From contig JAHEBE010000001.1 in assembly GCA_024642365.1 (NCBI GenBank), forward strand, positions 7,894 through 71,893: a stretch of 64,000 nucleotides of DNA, read 5' to 3'. This document shows, piece after piece, positions 9,233 to 18,637 of the stretch. The notes below the pieces were generated by a model. That model did no database searches. It saw only the letters and a program-made list of their open reading frames with translations, and was not told where the DNA came from. The position numbers and the translations under genes are program-made. Numbering within the stretch: position 1 is the first letter of the stretch; every line of letters starts with the position of its first letter. This DNA comes from Algoriphagus sp. GTDB taxonomy: Bacteria > Bacteroidota > Bacteroidia > Cytophagales > Cyclobacteriaceae.

Positions 9233-9715
9233 TTGAAAAATCTAGATCGGATTAATTTTCTCGTCACCACTTTAAATCTTACCCCTCATCCTGAAGGTGG
9301 ATTTTATAAGGAGACTTATCGGTCTAATGAAAAAGTGATCACTTCCAATGGAGAGAGAAATCTGTCCACCTCCATTTATTTCTTATTAACATCTGATCAT
9401 GCCAGTCATTTTCACCGAATCAAAAGTGATGAGCATTGGTATTTTCATGAAGGAAATCCCCTAACTATTCATTTACTGACTGATAAGGGGCACGAAAAAT
9501 TAGAATTAGGTAACCTTTCTGAAACTTCAAAGCCTTATCGCTTTGTCCCTGCTCATACGATTTTCGGAAGTCGGGTGGAACAAAAAGATGGGTATGCCTT
9601 GGTTTCTTGCGGGGTAGCTCCAGGATTTGACTTTCAAGATTTCCACCTTTTCGATCGGGAAACACTGCTTCAAGATTTTCCAAGCCATCACGAAATAATC
9701 AACCAATTGACATAA
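9233..9715 (+). CDS. Cupin domain protein (DUF985/Cupin_5)
   Basis: PHPEGGFYKETYRS, TSIYFLL, FHRIKSDE.WYF, VAPGFDFQDF. Confidence 0.9.
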   Translation: MKNLDRINFLVTTLNLTPHPEGGFYKETYRSNEKVITSNGERNLSTSIYFLLTSDHASHFHRIKSDEHWYFHEGNPLTIHLLTDKGHEKLELGNLSETSKPYRFVPAHTIFGSRVEQKDGYALVSCGVAPGFDFQDFHLFDRETLLQDFPSHHEIINQLT

Positions 9716-9740
9716 AAAAAGGCTCCCAATCTGGGAGCCT
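9714..9740 (-). terminator. Intrinsic terminator of the TonB receptor transcript
   Basis: AGGCTCCCA-atc-TGGGAGCCT with A run on the left (T tail on minus strand). Confidence 0.8.
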
Positions 9741-9763
9741 AATCATTGTGGTTTAGTTATTTT

Positions 9764-12667
9764 TTAGAATGCAAATGCTACTCTGAAATTCATTTTCACG
9801 CCTGGAGACAATCTTGTAAAGATTTGATCTTGCGCTTCGTAAGATCTAAATACCATTTCTCTCTTATCGTTCAATAGGTTTTGAATACCAAATCCAGCTT
9901 GGATACGCTCATCTGCGCCAAATGATTTGTTTACATTCAAGTTTAAGCTTTTGAAAGGTACTGTGTAAGTATCTGTTCTGTTTCCGAAACCTACAAGGTT
10001 TAAGGTTGGACCTTGAACGTTGTAGAAAATACCAGCCTCAATTCCATTCACAAATGATTGATAACTCAAGCCAGTGTTGATGATGTAAGGTGCTTGTCCT
10101 GCCATATCTCTGGTATCACCGATCACTTGACCTTCTCTTGCAGTCAAAGTTCTAGATCTGAATTCTGATTCAGACATTTTAATCTGAGAGTTCGTCACTG
10201 TGACATTGGTATTCCAATTGAAGTTCTCAAGCTTTGGAGCAATGAATTTCAATGACTTTCTAAATTCAAATTCCAAACCAGCGACAGTACCGTTTCCTAC
10301 GTTTCTTGGCTGGAAAGTTCCAGGGTCAGAAAGGAACTGGATCATTTCGATAGGCTTATCAAAAGTTTTGTAGAAAGCACTTACTGAAAACATTTGTCCG
10401 CGCTCTTGGAATGCTTCCCATCTCAAATCGAAGTTATTGATTCGTGTAGAAACTAAATTTCCATCCCAAAGGACTTCAGTACCACCATTAGTAGTTTCTG
10501 GATAAAGTCCTCCAATAAATGTTCTTCCCGTAATAGGATCCAAAATCTCAGCATAAGATAACTCTTTGAAAGATGGTCTAGCAATGGTTCTAGAAGCTGA
10601 GAATCTCAAATTCTGCTTTTCTTTCAAGCTATAAATCAAATTGACAGTAGGGAAGAAATCTAAATCATCCAGCATGGTAACCAAATCATAATTAAGTGAT
10701 CCAGTTTGGTTAGTACCAGTATAGAATTGGCTGAACTGCTCAAATCTCAATCCAACGATTGCTTTCAAATTGGTGGCAGGATTTGCCTCTACTGACCCAT
10801 ATCCCGCAAAGTTTGTAGCATAAGACTCGTACTTGTTTGGATTGATTGGAATAAAGTCCGCATTGTATCTCACACCATTTCTATTTGTCGCAGAGAAAAG
10901 GTTTTCCTGATTCAGGATTTCATTTGGATCTCCAGTAAACAAGGTATTACCGGTAGCAAACTGGAAACTTTGAATATCAAAATCACGGTATTTGAACACA
11001 TAGTTTGTTCCAAACTTCACCTTTGCTTCTCTTTGGAATAGGTTAGTAGCCCGAGCGATATCTAGTTTACCCACTATGCTATACTCCTCAAGGTTTCTCC
11101 AGATTCGAGCAGGCAATCCTACTTCCGTAGAGATGGTGTTTTCAGGAACTCTGAATCGTGTAAATCGGATATCTGGATCTTCGATCGTAGATCTAGTCGG
11201 AGCAAGTTTCCAGTTTACTTCCCAGTCTCTTCCGTTGATGTAGTGGGTTCCTCCTAAAAGGATACTTGTCAAAGCTCTTTGGCTATACTCTAGGTTATAC
11301 TGTTTTGCCGAGAAGTTTGCCCCAAGGTTAGTGTTCACAAAGTCAAATTCACCTGCTTTTGATTCACCATTCTGAAGGTGCATGATGTTCAACTTGAATT
11401 TAGAATTCTCAGTTTTCAAGGCAATTCCAGCCAATCCACCTAGCAACACATTATTTACACCATAGTCTCCTTTTTGTCTTTCCAAAGCCTCCAATTCAGT
11501 ATCGGCAGCATCTCTTGGTTTTGCATATAAGTTGAACTCAGCGTCTTGGTAAAACTCTGTTTCGTTTTTATAAGTGAAGGAGAAATTATATCCCCAAGTC
11601 GCTCTGGATCTAGCGATTTGATTCCCAAGCGAGAAACTCAATCCCATGTCCATTAAACTATTATCTCTATAGCCACCAAGGGTTTTGTTGAAATTGCCAA
11701 GAATTTCTTGATACTCTAAGCCTTTTGGTCCATTTGGATTACCAACAGCATCACCGTATTGAGGAATATCTGTTCTTCCATCTGTAGGTATAGCTCTAGT
11801 GCCATCGTCAAAACCTAACCAATCGGTATTTCCACCGTCATATTTCAAATAATTTGAATTGAAGTGCATGGAAGGGTTAATCCCCCCACTCAAACTTAAT
11901 TTCATGCTCTTCTCTTCAGGAAATTCTTTAGTCTCAATATCTACAACACCGCCAGTAAAGTCTGCAGGAAGATCTGCTGTGAATGATTTCGAAACGATAA
12001 TATTATCGATCACATTGGTAGGAAAAATATCCATCTGGATCGAGTTTCGATCAGGATCAAGACCTGGAATATCTACTCCATTTAAAACCGTCTTAGTATA
12101 ACGATCTCCTAGACCTCTTACATAGATGTATTTGCCACCTTCGATGGATACTCCTGTTACTCGCTTCACTGCAGATGCAGCGTCACCATCGCCTATTTGT
12201 CTGAATGTACTCGCTGAAATACCATCCATAAGATTGGCAGCATTTCTCTTTACAGACATTAATGCAGATTCAGTAGTCCGGATTGCAGAAGCTGCAATCG
12301 TCACTGTTTCTAATTCTGATGCTTCCTCAGCCATCAAAATATCATCGATCACAGTAGTAGATCCTTCTTTCACTTCTACAGAAGTCAATTCCACTGTAGC
12401 ATAAGAAATGTAGGAAATTTGAAGTGTGTAAGTACCTGGGGCTACTTGAATTTCGAATTTTCCATCAAAATCAGTAATAGCTCCGGTAGCAGTTTCTTTG
12501 ACAAGAACGGAGACACCGAAAAGTGGCTCTCCAGAACCTTCTTCGAAAATTGTTCCTCTAATAATCCCCTTTTGTGCAAATGCAAATCCAGCGATGATTT
12601 GAGAAAGCACTACTAATACGATTATCAAGGTTGCCTTCACAAATGCTTTGTTTGATTTATTTTTCAT
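9764..12667 (-). CDS. TonB-dependent outer membrane receptor
   Basis: Signal peptide, carboxypeptidase-regulatory-like N-domain, plug motif YVRGLGDRY, KSFTADLPADFTGG, terminal aromatic strand FRVAFAF. Confidence 0.93.
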   Translation of the reverse strand: MKNKSNKAFVKATLIIVLVVLSQIIAGFAFAQKGIIRGTIFEEGSGEPLFGVSVLVKETATGAITDFDGKFEIQVAPGTYTLQISYISYATVELTSVEVKEGSTTVIDDILMAEEASELETVTIAASAIRTTESALMSVKRNAANLMDGISASTFRQIGDGDAASAVKRVTGVSIEGGKYIYVRGLGDRYTKTVLNGVDIPGLDPDRNSIQMDIFPTNVIDNIIVSKSFTADLPADFTGGVVDIETKEFPEEKSMKLSLSGGINPSMHFNSNYLKYDGGNTDWLGFDDGTRAIPTDGRTDIPQYGDAVGNPNGPKGLEYQEILGNFNKTLGGYRDNSLMDMGLSFSLGNQIARSRATWGYNFSFTYKNETEFYQDAEFNLYAKPRDAADTELEALERQKGDYGVNNVLLGGLAGIALKTENSKFKLNIMHLQNGESKAGEFDFVNTNLGANFSAKQYNLEYSQRALTSILLGGTHYINGRDWEVNWKLAPTRSTIEDPDIRFTRFRVPENTISTEVGLPARIWRNLEEYSIVGKLDIARATNLFQREAKVKFGTNYVFKYRDFDIQSFQFATGNTLFTGDPNEILNQENLFSATNRNGVRYNADFIPINPNKYESYATNFAGYGSVEANPATNLKAIVGLRFEQFSQFYTGTNQTGSLNYDLVTMLDDLDFFPTVNLIYSLKEKQNLRFSASRTIARPSFKELSYAEILDPITGRTFIGGLYPETTNGGTEVLWDGNLVSTRINNFDLRWEAFQERGQMFSVSAFYKTFDKPIEMIQFLSDPGTFQPRNVGNGTVAGLEFEFRKSLKFIAPKLENFNWNTNVTVTNSQIKMSESEFRSRTLTAREGQVIGDTRDMAGQAPYIINTGLSYQSFVNGIEAGIFYNVQGPTLNLVGFGNRTDTYTVPFKSLNLNVNKSFGADERIQAGFGIQNLLNDKREMVFRSYEAQDQIFTRLSPGVKMNFRVAFAF

Positions 12668-12690
12668 ACAGCAATTTTATTTCAATTGAA

Positions 12691-12730
12691 TAAGAGGAGA
12701 AAGTTTCCTTGCGAGATCTTCCTCCTCTTA
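12691..12730 (-). promoter_or_regulatory. Intercistronic stem-loop between lipoprotein and TonB receptor
   Basis: TAAGAGGAG/CTCCTCTTA inverted repeat with further imperfect inner pairing. Confidence 0.6.
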
Positions 12731-12740
12731 GATTTAATCC

Positions 12741-13976
12741 TTATTTAAAATCAGTTAGTTGTCCACTTACGGAAGCCCAAGACCAGGTAGCGAAAGCTGC
12801 TTTATTAGCACCAACCGTATTAGCCTTTGCTGCTACAGCCGTGGCTGAAGCTGCCGTTCCTCCTTTGAATACAGCGCTCAATGCAACTCCAGAAGCAAGT
12901 GTTGCTTCAAGTTTGATGAATTTTAATGCGCCGTTTCCAAAATTTGCGATTGACTTATCTCCAGAGATCGAAAGATCTCCTCTACCATCTGTAGAAGCAG
13001 GATCAGTGAAATTGAAGAAGTAAATATTTTCGAAGGTGCCTCTAGCTCCGTCTCTGAAATCCCCTAATTCGGCAGTGTTGAAACCTTTTACTGAGCCGTT
13101 CTTTAAAGTATGCCCAGCAATAGCTGATCCTTCAGGGCCGTCGATTTCTAAAGTATGATCTGTTTCAGATCCAGCGATGACAATAAAGTTGTCCAAAGTG
13201 CCAGACCATCCTTGGTCAGTATCCATTCCATCATCACCTGCATTCCAAACCAAGGCATTCTTTACATTCACTGCTCCTCCAAACCATTCGATTCCGTCAT
13301 CTTGGTTTCCGATTACTTCGATGTTCTCGATCACAGTTCCTGAACCTACTCCACCAAGGGTTAATCCATTGATTTCATTTCCTTCACCGATGTTTGCTCC
13401 TCCGTGACGAATAGAGACATACTTTAGGATACCTGAGTTATCCGCATCATCTGTTCCACCATAAAGGCCATTGATATCGGAAGGTGGAACACCTTCGATT
13501 TGAATTTCTGTCACATCACCAGCAAAAGATCCTTTTGCTTTTCCTAGAATGATCAAGCCACCCCAAAGACCTGAAAGATTCGGTTCCAAATTTGGGGATG
13601 CAATATCACCAGGTCTGATTTCGTCAGCTACTGTTGTAAAAATGATTGGAGAAGCTGAAGTTCCCTGTGCATCTATTTTTGCTCCTCTTGCAATAATCAA
13701 GGCAGTGGCATTAGAGCCAGTTCCTACTTCACCTTTTACGATAACACCGGGTTGAATTTTCAAGGTGTTTCCTGCAGTAACTGCAATTCTTCCTGAAAGC
13801 ACATATGTCTTTCCAGTTGTCCAAGTCGTGTTTGTAGTAATGTTAGAGTTTACTACAATACTTGAACCTGCGCCAGAATCCGTGTTGCCATCAGGCTTGT
13901 CGTTTCCTACAATACAGCCTGTAAACCCGATAAGGGCAGCTGCAAAAATCATTAAAATGGAATTAAACTTTTTCAT
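12741..13976 (-). CDS. Gly/Asp-rich lipoprotein, probable parallel beta-helix
   Basis: Lipobox FTGC; GLWGGLIILG, DNSGILKYVSIRHGG, EINGLTLGGVG, DDGIEWFGG motifs. Confidence 0.8.
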   Translation of the reverse strand: MKKFNSILMIFAAALIGFTGCIVGNDKPDGNTDSGAGSSIVVNSNITTNTTWTTGKTYVLSGRIAVTAGNTLKIQPGVIVKGEVGTGSNATALIIARGAKIDAQGTSASPIIFTTVADEIRPGDIASPNLEPNLSGLWGGLIILGKAKGSFAGDVTEIQIEGVPPSDINGLYGGTDDADNSGILKYVSIRHGGANIGEGNEINGLTLGGVGSGTVIENIEVIGNQDDGIEWFGGAVNVKNALVWNAGDDGMDTDQGWSGTLDNFIVIAGSETDHTLEIDGPEGSAIAGHTLKNGSVKGFNTAELGDFRDGARGTFENIYFFNFTDPASTDGRGDLSISGDKSIANFGNGALKFIKLEATLASGVALSAVFKGGTAASATAVAAKANTVGANKAAFATWSWASVSGQLTDFK

Positions 13977-14116
13977 TGGATAGTTATTGAACTAGTGGTT
14001 TTGCTTTCTTTGATGATACAAATCTGGCTCAATTTTCTCTTCCAAAAGAATTAACTGAATTATGGTTTTTTTAAAAATTAGAACAGAATTTAATATTGTA
14101 TTAATAAAAAAGGCAT

Positions 14117-14147
14117 AAAAAAAGGGCTGCTTCAGTAGCAGCCCTTT
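14117..14147 (-). terminator. Intrinsic terminator after moxR
   Basis: AAAGGGCTGCT-tcagt-AGCAGCCCTTT with A run. Confidence 0.85.
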
Positions 14148-14163
14148 AAACCATGTTTTTGTG

Positions 14164-15135
14164 TTACTTCAATGTTACGGACTTATTAATCGGCACTTTT
14201 TCCAAGAGGATCTTTACGAGGTTTCGAGTGTTGATTCCATCAGCTTCTGCCTCATAATTCAATATTATTCGGTGATTTAGGACATCTTCTGCTATTTCTT
14301 TGATGTCTTCTGGTAATACATAATCTCGCCCGTCCATATATGCCACGGCCTTAGAAGCCAAATTCAAATTGATACTTGCTCGAGGAGAAACACCAAACTG
14401 AATGTACTTGGCTTCATCCTTCAATCCATACTGTGCAGGGAATCTAGTTGCAAATACTAATTCAATAATGTAATGCTCCAAAGGCTCAGCCATTTTCACT
14501 GCGTTGATTTCATTTCTGATATCAAAAACATCTTGCTTTGAAAGCATCGGATTCACCTCGGAGCTGAAAGTCATGTTTGCCATACGACGCATTACTTCCA
14601 TTTCATCTGCCTTACTTGGATAGTCGATATGAACTTTCATCATAAATCGATCGACCTGCGCTTCAGGTAGTGGGTAAGTACCTTCTTGGTCCACTGGGTT
14701 TTGAGTAGCTAATACCAAGAACGGTTTATCAAGCATAAAAGTCGTTTCACCGATGGTCACCTGCTTCTCCTGCATGGCCTCCAGTAAAGCAGATTGAACT
14801 TTAGCAGGGGATCGGTTGACCTCATCCGCTAAAATTAAATTAGAAAAGATAGGTCCCTTTTTCACTTCAAAACTTGCGTTTTGTTGATTGTATATCATTG
14901 TACCAATCAAATCTGAAGGCAAAAGATCAGGAGTAAATTGAATTCGATTAAAATTCAAGTGAAGTACTTTTGCGAGGGTGTTGACGGTAAGTGTCTTTGC
15001 CAAACCTGGCACTCCTTCCAATAGAATGTGTCCATTTGTAAAAAGTCCGATCAAAAGGCGGTTAACCATTTTATCTTGACCGACAATAACTTTTTTTACT
15101 TCCTGAATTACTGCTGCTATTTTTTCCTGATGCAT
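14164..15135 (-). CDS. MoxR family AAA+ ATPase
   Basis: GVPGLAKT Walker A, RIQFTPDLLPSD, LADEVNR, ATQNP..EGTYPLPEAQVDRF; ATG 15135 chosen. Confidence 0.95.
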   Translation of the reverse strand: MHQEKIAAVIQEVKKVIVGQDKMVNRLLIGLFTNGHILLEGVPGLAKTLTVNTLAKVLHLNFNRIQFTPDLLPSDLIGTMIYNQQNASFEVKKGPIFSNLILADEVNRSPAKVQSALLEAMQEKQVTIGETTFMLDKPFLVLATQNPVDQEGTYPLPEAQVDRFMMKVHIDYPSKADEMEVMRRMANMTFSSEVNPMLSKQDVFDIRNEINAVKMAEPLEHYIIELVFATRFPAQYGLKDEAKYIQFGVSPRASINLNLASKAVAYMDGRDYVLPEDIKEIAEDVLNHRIILNYEAEADGINTRNLVKILLEKVPINKSVTLK

Positions 15136-15271
15136 GAAATGAATCTTTTTGGATTTGTAATCGAGCCCTAAAATAGAGGTTTTTGCTCCAATCAGCAATC
15201 TTAAATCTTCTGAGCGGCAATGCCAGTTTTACAACGGACTTTTATGATTTTTTAAGAGGATTGAAGATAAC

Positions 15272-15880
15272 CTACCTTCGGCCACTAGTTTTTCGGAAGC
15301 CGGTCAAGCCAAGCTTATGATAAACAGTTTCTTCATCCATTTCGCGAACTTCACCGACCTCAAATCCCTCAATAGTAATTTTTTCCATCGACCAGCGGAC
15401 TAAGCGAAGTGTTGGAAATCCAACTGCAGCAGTCATTTTTCGCACCTGACGATTTTTCCCTTCGATCAAAGTCAAAGAAATCCATGAATCGGGAATGGAC
15501 GCGCGATATCGGATAGGTGGATCCCGATCTGGAAGTGCGGGTACTGGATCTAAAAGTTTGGCGATAGCCGGCTTGGTGGCATAGTCTCTGCCATCGACAT
15601 TGATGGTCACTCCTTTACCCAATTGCTTCAAGGCCTCTGGCTCCGGTGATCCCTCCACTTGTGCATAATAAGTCCGCTGATGTCCAAATCGTGGATTTAG
15701 CAATTGATTGTTCAGAAACTTATCATCTGTGATGATCAATAAGCCTTCACTGTCTTTATCCAGGCGACCTACTGGATAGACCTGCTTGGGGAAATCAAAA
15801 AGAGAGGCTAATGTTAGCCCCTCTCCGCTGAATTGGGTTACTACCCCAAATGGTTTGTAAATGATAAAATAGCGCGACAA
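15272..15880 (-). CDS. rRNA pseudouridine synthase (RsuA family, RluE-like)
   Basis: [11 protein letters not shown] catalytic Asp motif, [21 protein letters not shown]. Confidence 0.92.
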   Translation of the reverse strand: MSRYFIIYKPFGVVTQFSGEGLTLASLFDFPKQVYPVGRLDKDSEGLLIITDDKFLNNQLLNPRFGHQRTYYAQVEGSPEPEALKQLGKGVTINVDGRDYATKPAIAKLLDPVPALPDRDPPIRYRASIPDSWISLTLIEGKNRQVRKMTAAVGFPTLRLVRWSMEKITIEGFEVGEVREMDEETVYHKLGLTGFRKTSGRR

Positions 15881-15890
15881 AATTATTGAA

Positions 15891-16067
15891 TTAACTCCCG
15901 CAGCCTACACAATCGATGTATTGACCTCCTGGCTTAGTACCGTTCAGTTGCATCTCAAGATTGTGAATCTTGTCTCTTGTCTCCATATCGGCAAACATAT
16001 CACCAGTAAGTTGAGATCTTAATTGCTCAATTTGAGCTCGCAATTCGTTCTGTTGGATTTCACTCAT
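15891..16067 (-). CDS. Small helical protein with C-terminal CxxCGS
   Basis: 58 aa from ATG 16067: [16 protein letters not shown]...YIDCVGCGS. Confidence 0.7.
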   Translation of the reverse strand: MSEIQQNELRAQIEQLRSQLTGDMFADMETRDKIHNLEMQLNGTKPGGQYIDCVGCGS

Positions 16068-16182
16068 GATTTGGTTGTTTAGTGGGTATTGAAAGTTTAA
16101 AATAGTAATCAAACTTGAAAAAGTTCAGCAGTTTGATTGGGAATTTCTAAACAAAAATGATTCCAATTGAAGATTAGGACTT

Positions 16183-16190
16183 TACATTTG
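16183..16190 (+). promoter_or_regulatory. Bacteroidota -7 promoter element
   Basis: TACATTTG, 20 nt before amidohydrolase ATG. Confidence 0.55.
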
Positions 16191-16210
16191 AAAAAAGAAG
16201 AGAAAAAAAT

Positions 16211-17335
16211 ATGCCTACTCATGACTTGATTCAATTACGGAAAAAGCTTCATGCAATGCCTGAAATTGCTTTGGAGGAAAAAAGAACGGCTAAGGAAATC
16301 TTAAATTTTTTTCAGGATTTTAATCCAGATGAGACTTTGACTCAATTAGGAGGTACTGGTTTAGCTTTTATTTTCAAAGGTGAAAAGCCTGGAAAACGAT
16401 TACTGTTTCGATGTGAGTTAGATGCGCTTCCGATAGAAGATCTGAAAGAAAGTGACCATCAAAGCCAGATTCCAGGCAAAGGTCATCTTTGCGGGCATGA
16501 CGGACATATGGCAATTATTTGTGGTTTGGGTGAAAAGCTTGCCGCCAATCGACCTGAATCAGGAGAAGTGGTTTTACTTTTTCAGCCAGCAGAAGAAACT
16601 GGCCAAGGAGCTAACGCAATTCTATCGGATCCAAATTTTGCGCAAATTCGTCCTGATTTTGCCTTTGCCTTGCATAATCTGCCAGGCTATCCCCTCCACC
16701 AAATCGTCTTAAAAAAAGGAACTTTTGCTGCCGGAAGTACCGGGCTGACGATCAAGCTCACTGGGAAAACTGCCCATGCAGCTCATCCCGACGAAGGGAT
16801 TAACCCCGCGGCCGCCATCGCTCATTTGATTCAGGTCTTGCCGACGCTACCGGCAAATTTTAACTCATTTTCCTTGGTCACGATTATTCATGCAGAAATC
16901 GGAAGTTTGGCTTTTGGAACTTCTGCAGGAAATGGAAGTTTGAGTCTAACGATCAGGGCTTTTGATCAGGATGATCTGGAAGTGTTAATCAATCGAATTA
17001 AAACTGAAGCAAAGCGGATCGCTGAGCTTGAAAAGCTAAGTTGTGAGTTTTTCCTGTCAGAGTCCTTTGCCGTTTCCAAAAATGATCCCCAAATCTACCC
17101 GATCATGGAAAACGTCACCGACAGGCTTGGCCTAGATCGAATAGAAAAATCGGAACCCTTCAGATGGTCAGAGGATTTTGGACTGTTCAGTCAAACTTGT
17201 CCTTCCTATCTTTTTGGCTTAGGTGCTGGAGAAAGCTGTCCACAACTGCACGAACCTACATATGATTTCCCTGATGTACTTATTGAAACTGGTGTAAAGG
17301 TTTTTGAGGGGATTGCAAGTGAAATAAGTGGCTAG
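16211..17335 (+). CDS. M20D family amidohydrolase
   Basis: ELDALP, HLCGHDGH, FQPAEE, SEDF, LHEP motifs. Confidence 0.92.
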   Translation: MPTHDLIQLRKKLHAMPEIALEEKRTAKEILNFFQDFNPDETLTQLGGTGLAFIFKGEKPGKRLLFRCELDALPIEDLKESDHQSQIPGKGHLCGHDGHMAIICGLGEKLAANRPESGEVVLLFQPAEETGQGANAILSDPNFAQIRPDFAFALHNLPGYPLHQIVLKKGTFAAGSTGLTIKLTGKTAHAAHPDEGINPAAAIAHLIQVLPTLPANFNSFSLVTIIHAEIGSLAFGTSAGNGSLSLTIRAFDQDDLEVLINRIKTEAKRIAELEKLSCEFFLSESFAVSKNDPQIYPIMENVTDRLGLDRIEKSEPFRWSEDFGLFSQTCPSYLFGLGAGESCPQLHEPTYDFPDVLIETGVKVFEGIASEISG

Positions 17336-17451
17336 TCAAAACTGATAAGGGATCACAGAAAAATTCGAAATCCCGGTTACCTGCAAATTATTTTTTACCT
17401 TATCCAATGGTTTGAATTAGTAATTCTCTCCAATTTCATTACCTGTGTTTT

Positions 17452-18546
17452 ATGTCCGTCCCAAAAAAAACGATTGAGAAAATGGCAAGATTTATCAATA
17501 AATCGAAAGAAGAAATAGGCCTTTCGCCCGACGCATTGGTTTTCCGAGGTGAGCAGCGAAGTAAAGATGTGTTGCTTCGTATTATTGATTTTGATGCTTC
17601 CAATCTTCAGGAAGACGCCATAAAAACGGTGAAAGAGGCAATGCAATACCTCGATAAAAATACCGTGACTTGGCTAAATATAGATGGGCTACACAACCTC
17701 GAGATCATGGAGGAGATTTCCCAAGCTTTTGATTTTGACCCCTTGGTCATCGCAGAAGTGTTGAATACCGCTTCCCGACCCAAAGTTTTAGAGTACGACA
17801 ACTGCATCCTGATCACCATAAAGATGATGCAGATGAAAAGTGAAAGCAGCAAAATCACCATTGAAAATCTCAGCCTAATCCTTACCAAATCAGTTCTTAT
17901 TTCCTTTCAAGAGACCAAGGGAGATGTATTCGAACCTGTTCGGGAGCGGATCCGAAAGCAGAAAAAACGAATTCGAAATGGTGGAACAGATTACCTCACC
18001 TTTGCGCTTTTGGACATCGTGATCGACAACTACCTCTATGTCATCAATCTGCTCGGGGAAAAAATCGAAACACTCGAAGAAAATCTATTGGTCAACCCTA
18101 ATGAAATCGTCATCAACGAAATCAATAACTATAAAAAGGAATTGAATTTTTTAAGGAAAAACATCAAACCTGCAAAGGAGATGATTTTCTCATTGGCCAA
18201 ACTAGAAACTGACTTGATTGAAGAGGATACAGATATTCATTTCAAAGAACTTCAGGATAATATCTCTCAGGCGAGTGACTCCTCGGATAGTTACCGGGAG
18301 ATTTTATCTGATCAGTTGAATATCTACCATACCACGATCAGTAGCAAGCTGAATGATACCATGAAGTTTCTGACGGTTTTCTCGGTGATTTTCATCCCGC
18401 TCACCTTTATCGCAGGGATCTATGGGACCAACTTTGAAAATGTACCAGAACTCGGCTATCGCTACAGCTACTACATCATGTGGGGGGTGATGGCGATAAT
18501 TGCAGTGGGCATGCTGTTTTATTTTAGAAATAAAAAGTGGCTCTAG
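17452..18546 (+). CDS. corA: Magnesium/cobalt transporter CorA
   Basis: WLNIDGLH, RPK, C-terminal FIPLTFIAGIYGTNF..PEL (GTN variant of GMN). Confidence 0.93.
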   Translation: MSVPKKTIEKMARFINKSKEEIGLSPDALVFRGEQRSKDVLLRIIDFDASNLQEDAIKTVKEAMQYLDKNTVTWLNIDGLHNLEIMEEISQAFDFDPLVIAEVLNTASRPKVLEYDNCILITIKMMQMKSESSKITIENLSLILTKSVLISFQETKGDVFEPVRERIRKQKKRIRNGGTDYLTFALLDIVIDNYLYVINLLGEKIETLEENLLVNPNEIVINEINNYKKELNFLRKNIKPAKEMIFSLAKLETDLIEEDTDIHFKELQDNISQASDSSDSYREILSDQLNIYHTTISSKLNDTMKFLTVFSVIFIPLTFIAGIYGTNFENVPELGYRYSYYIMWGVMAIIAVGMLFYFRNKKWL

Positions 18547-18565
18547 GTCAGATCACCCTAAAAAC

Positions 18566-18603
18566 AAAAAGCCCATCTAAGATTTAAAATCTTGGATGGG
18601 CTT
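18566..18603. terminator. Terminator between convergent corA and M1 peptidase
   Basis: AAGCCCATCTAAGATTT/AAATCTTGGATGGGCTT long hairpin. Confidence 0.85.
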
Positions 18604-18637
18604 AGTTTTTGGATTAGAAAAACTACTTAATAACCCT

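Noticed and set aside
11859-13983. Series of plus-strand ORFs antisense to the TonB receptor and lipoprotein
   Set aside because: Shadow ORFs arising from codon bias of the real minus-strand genes; no motifs
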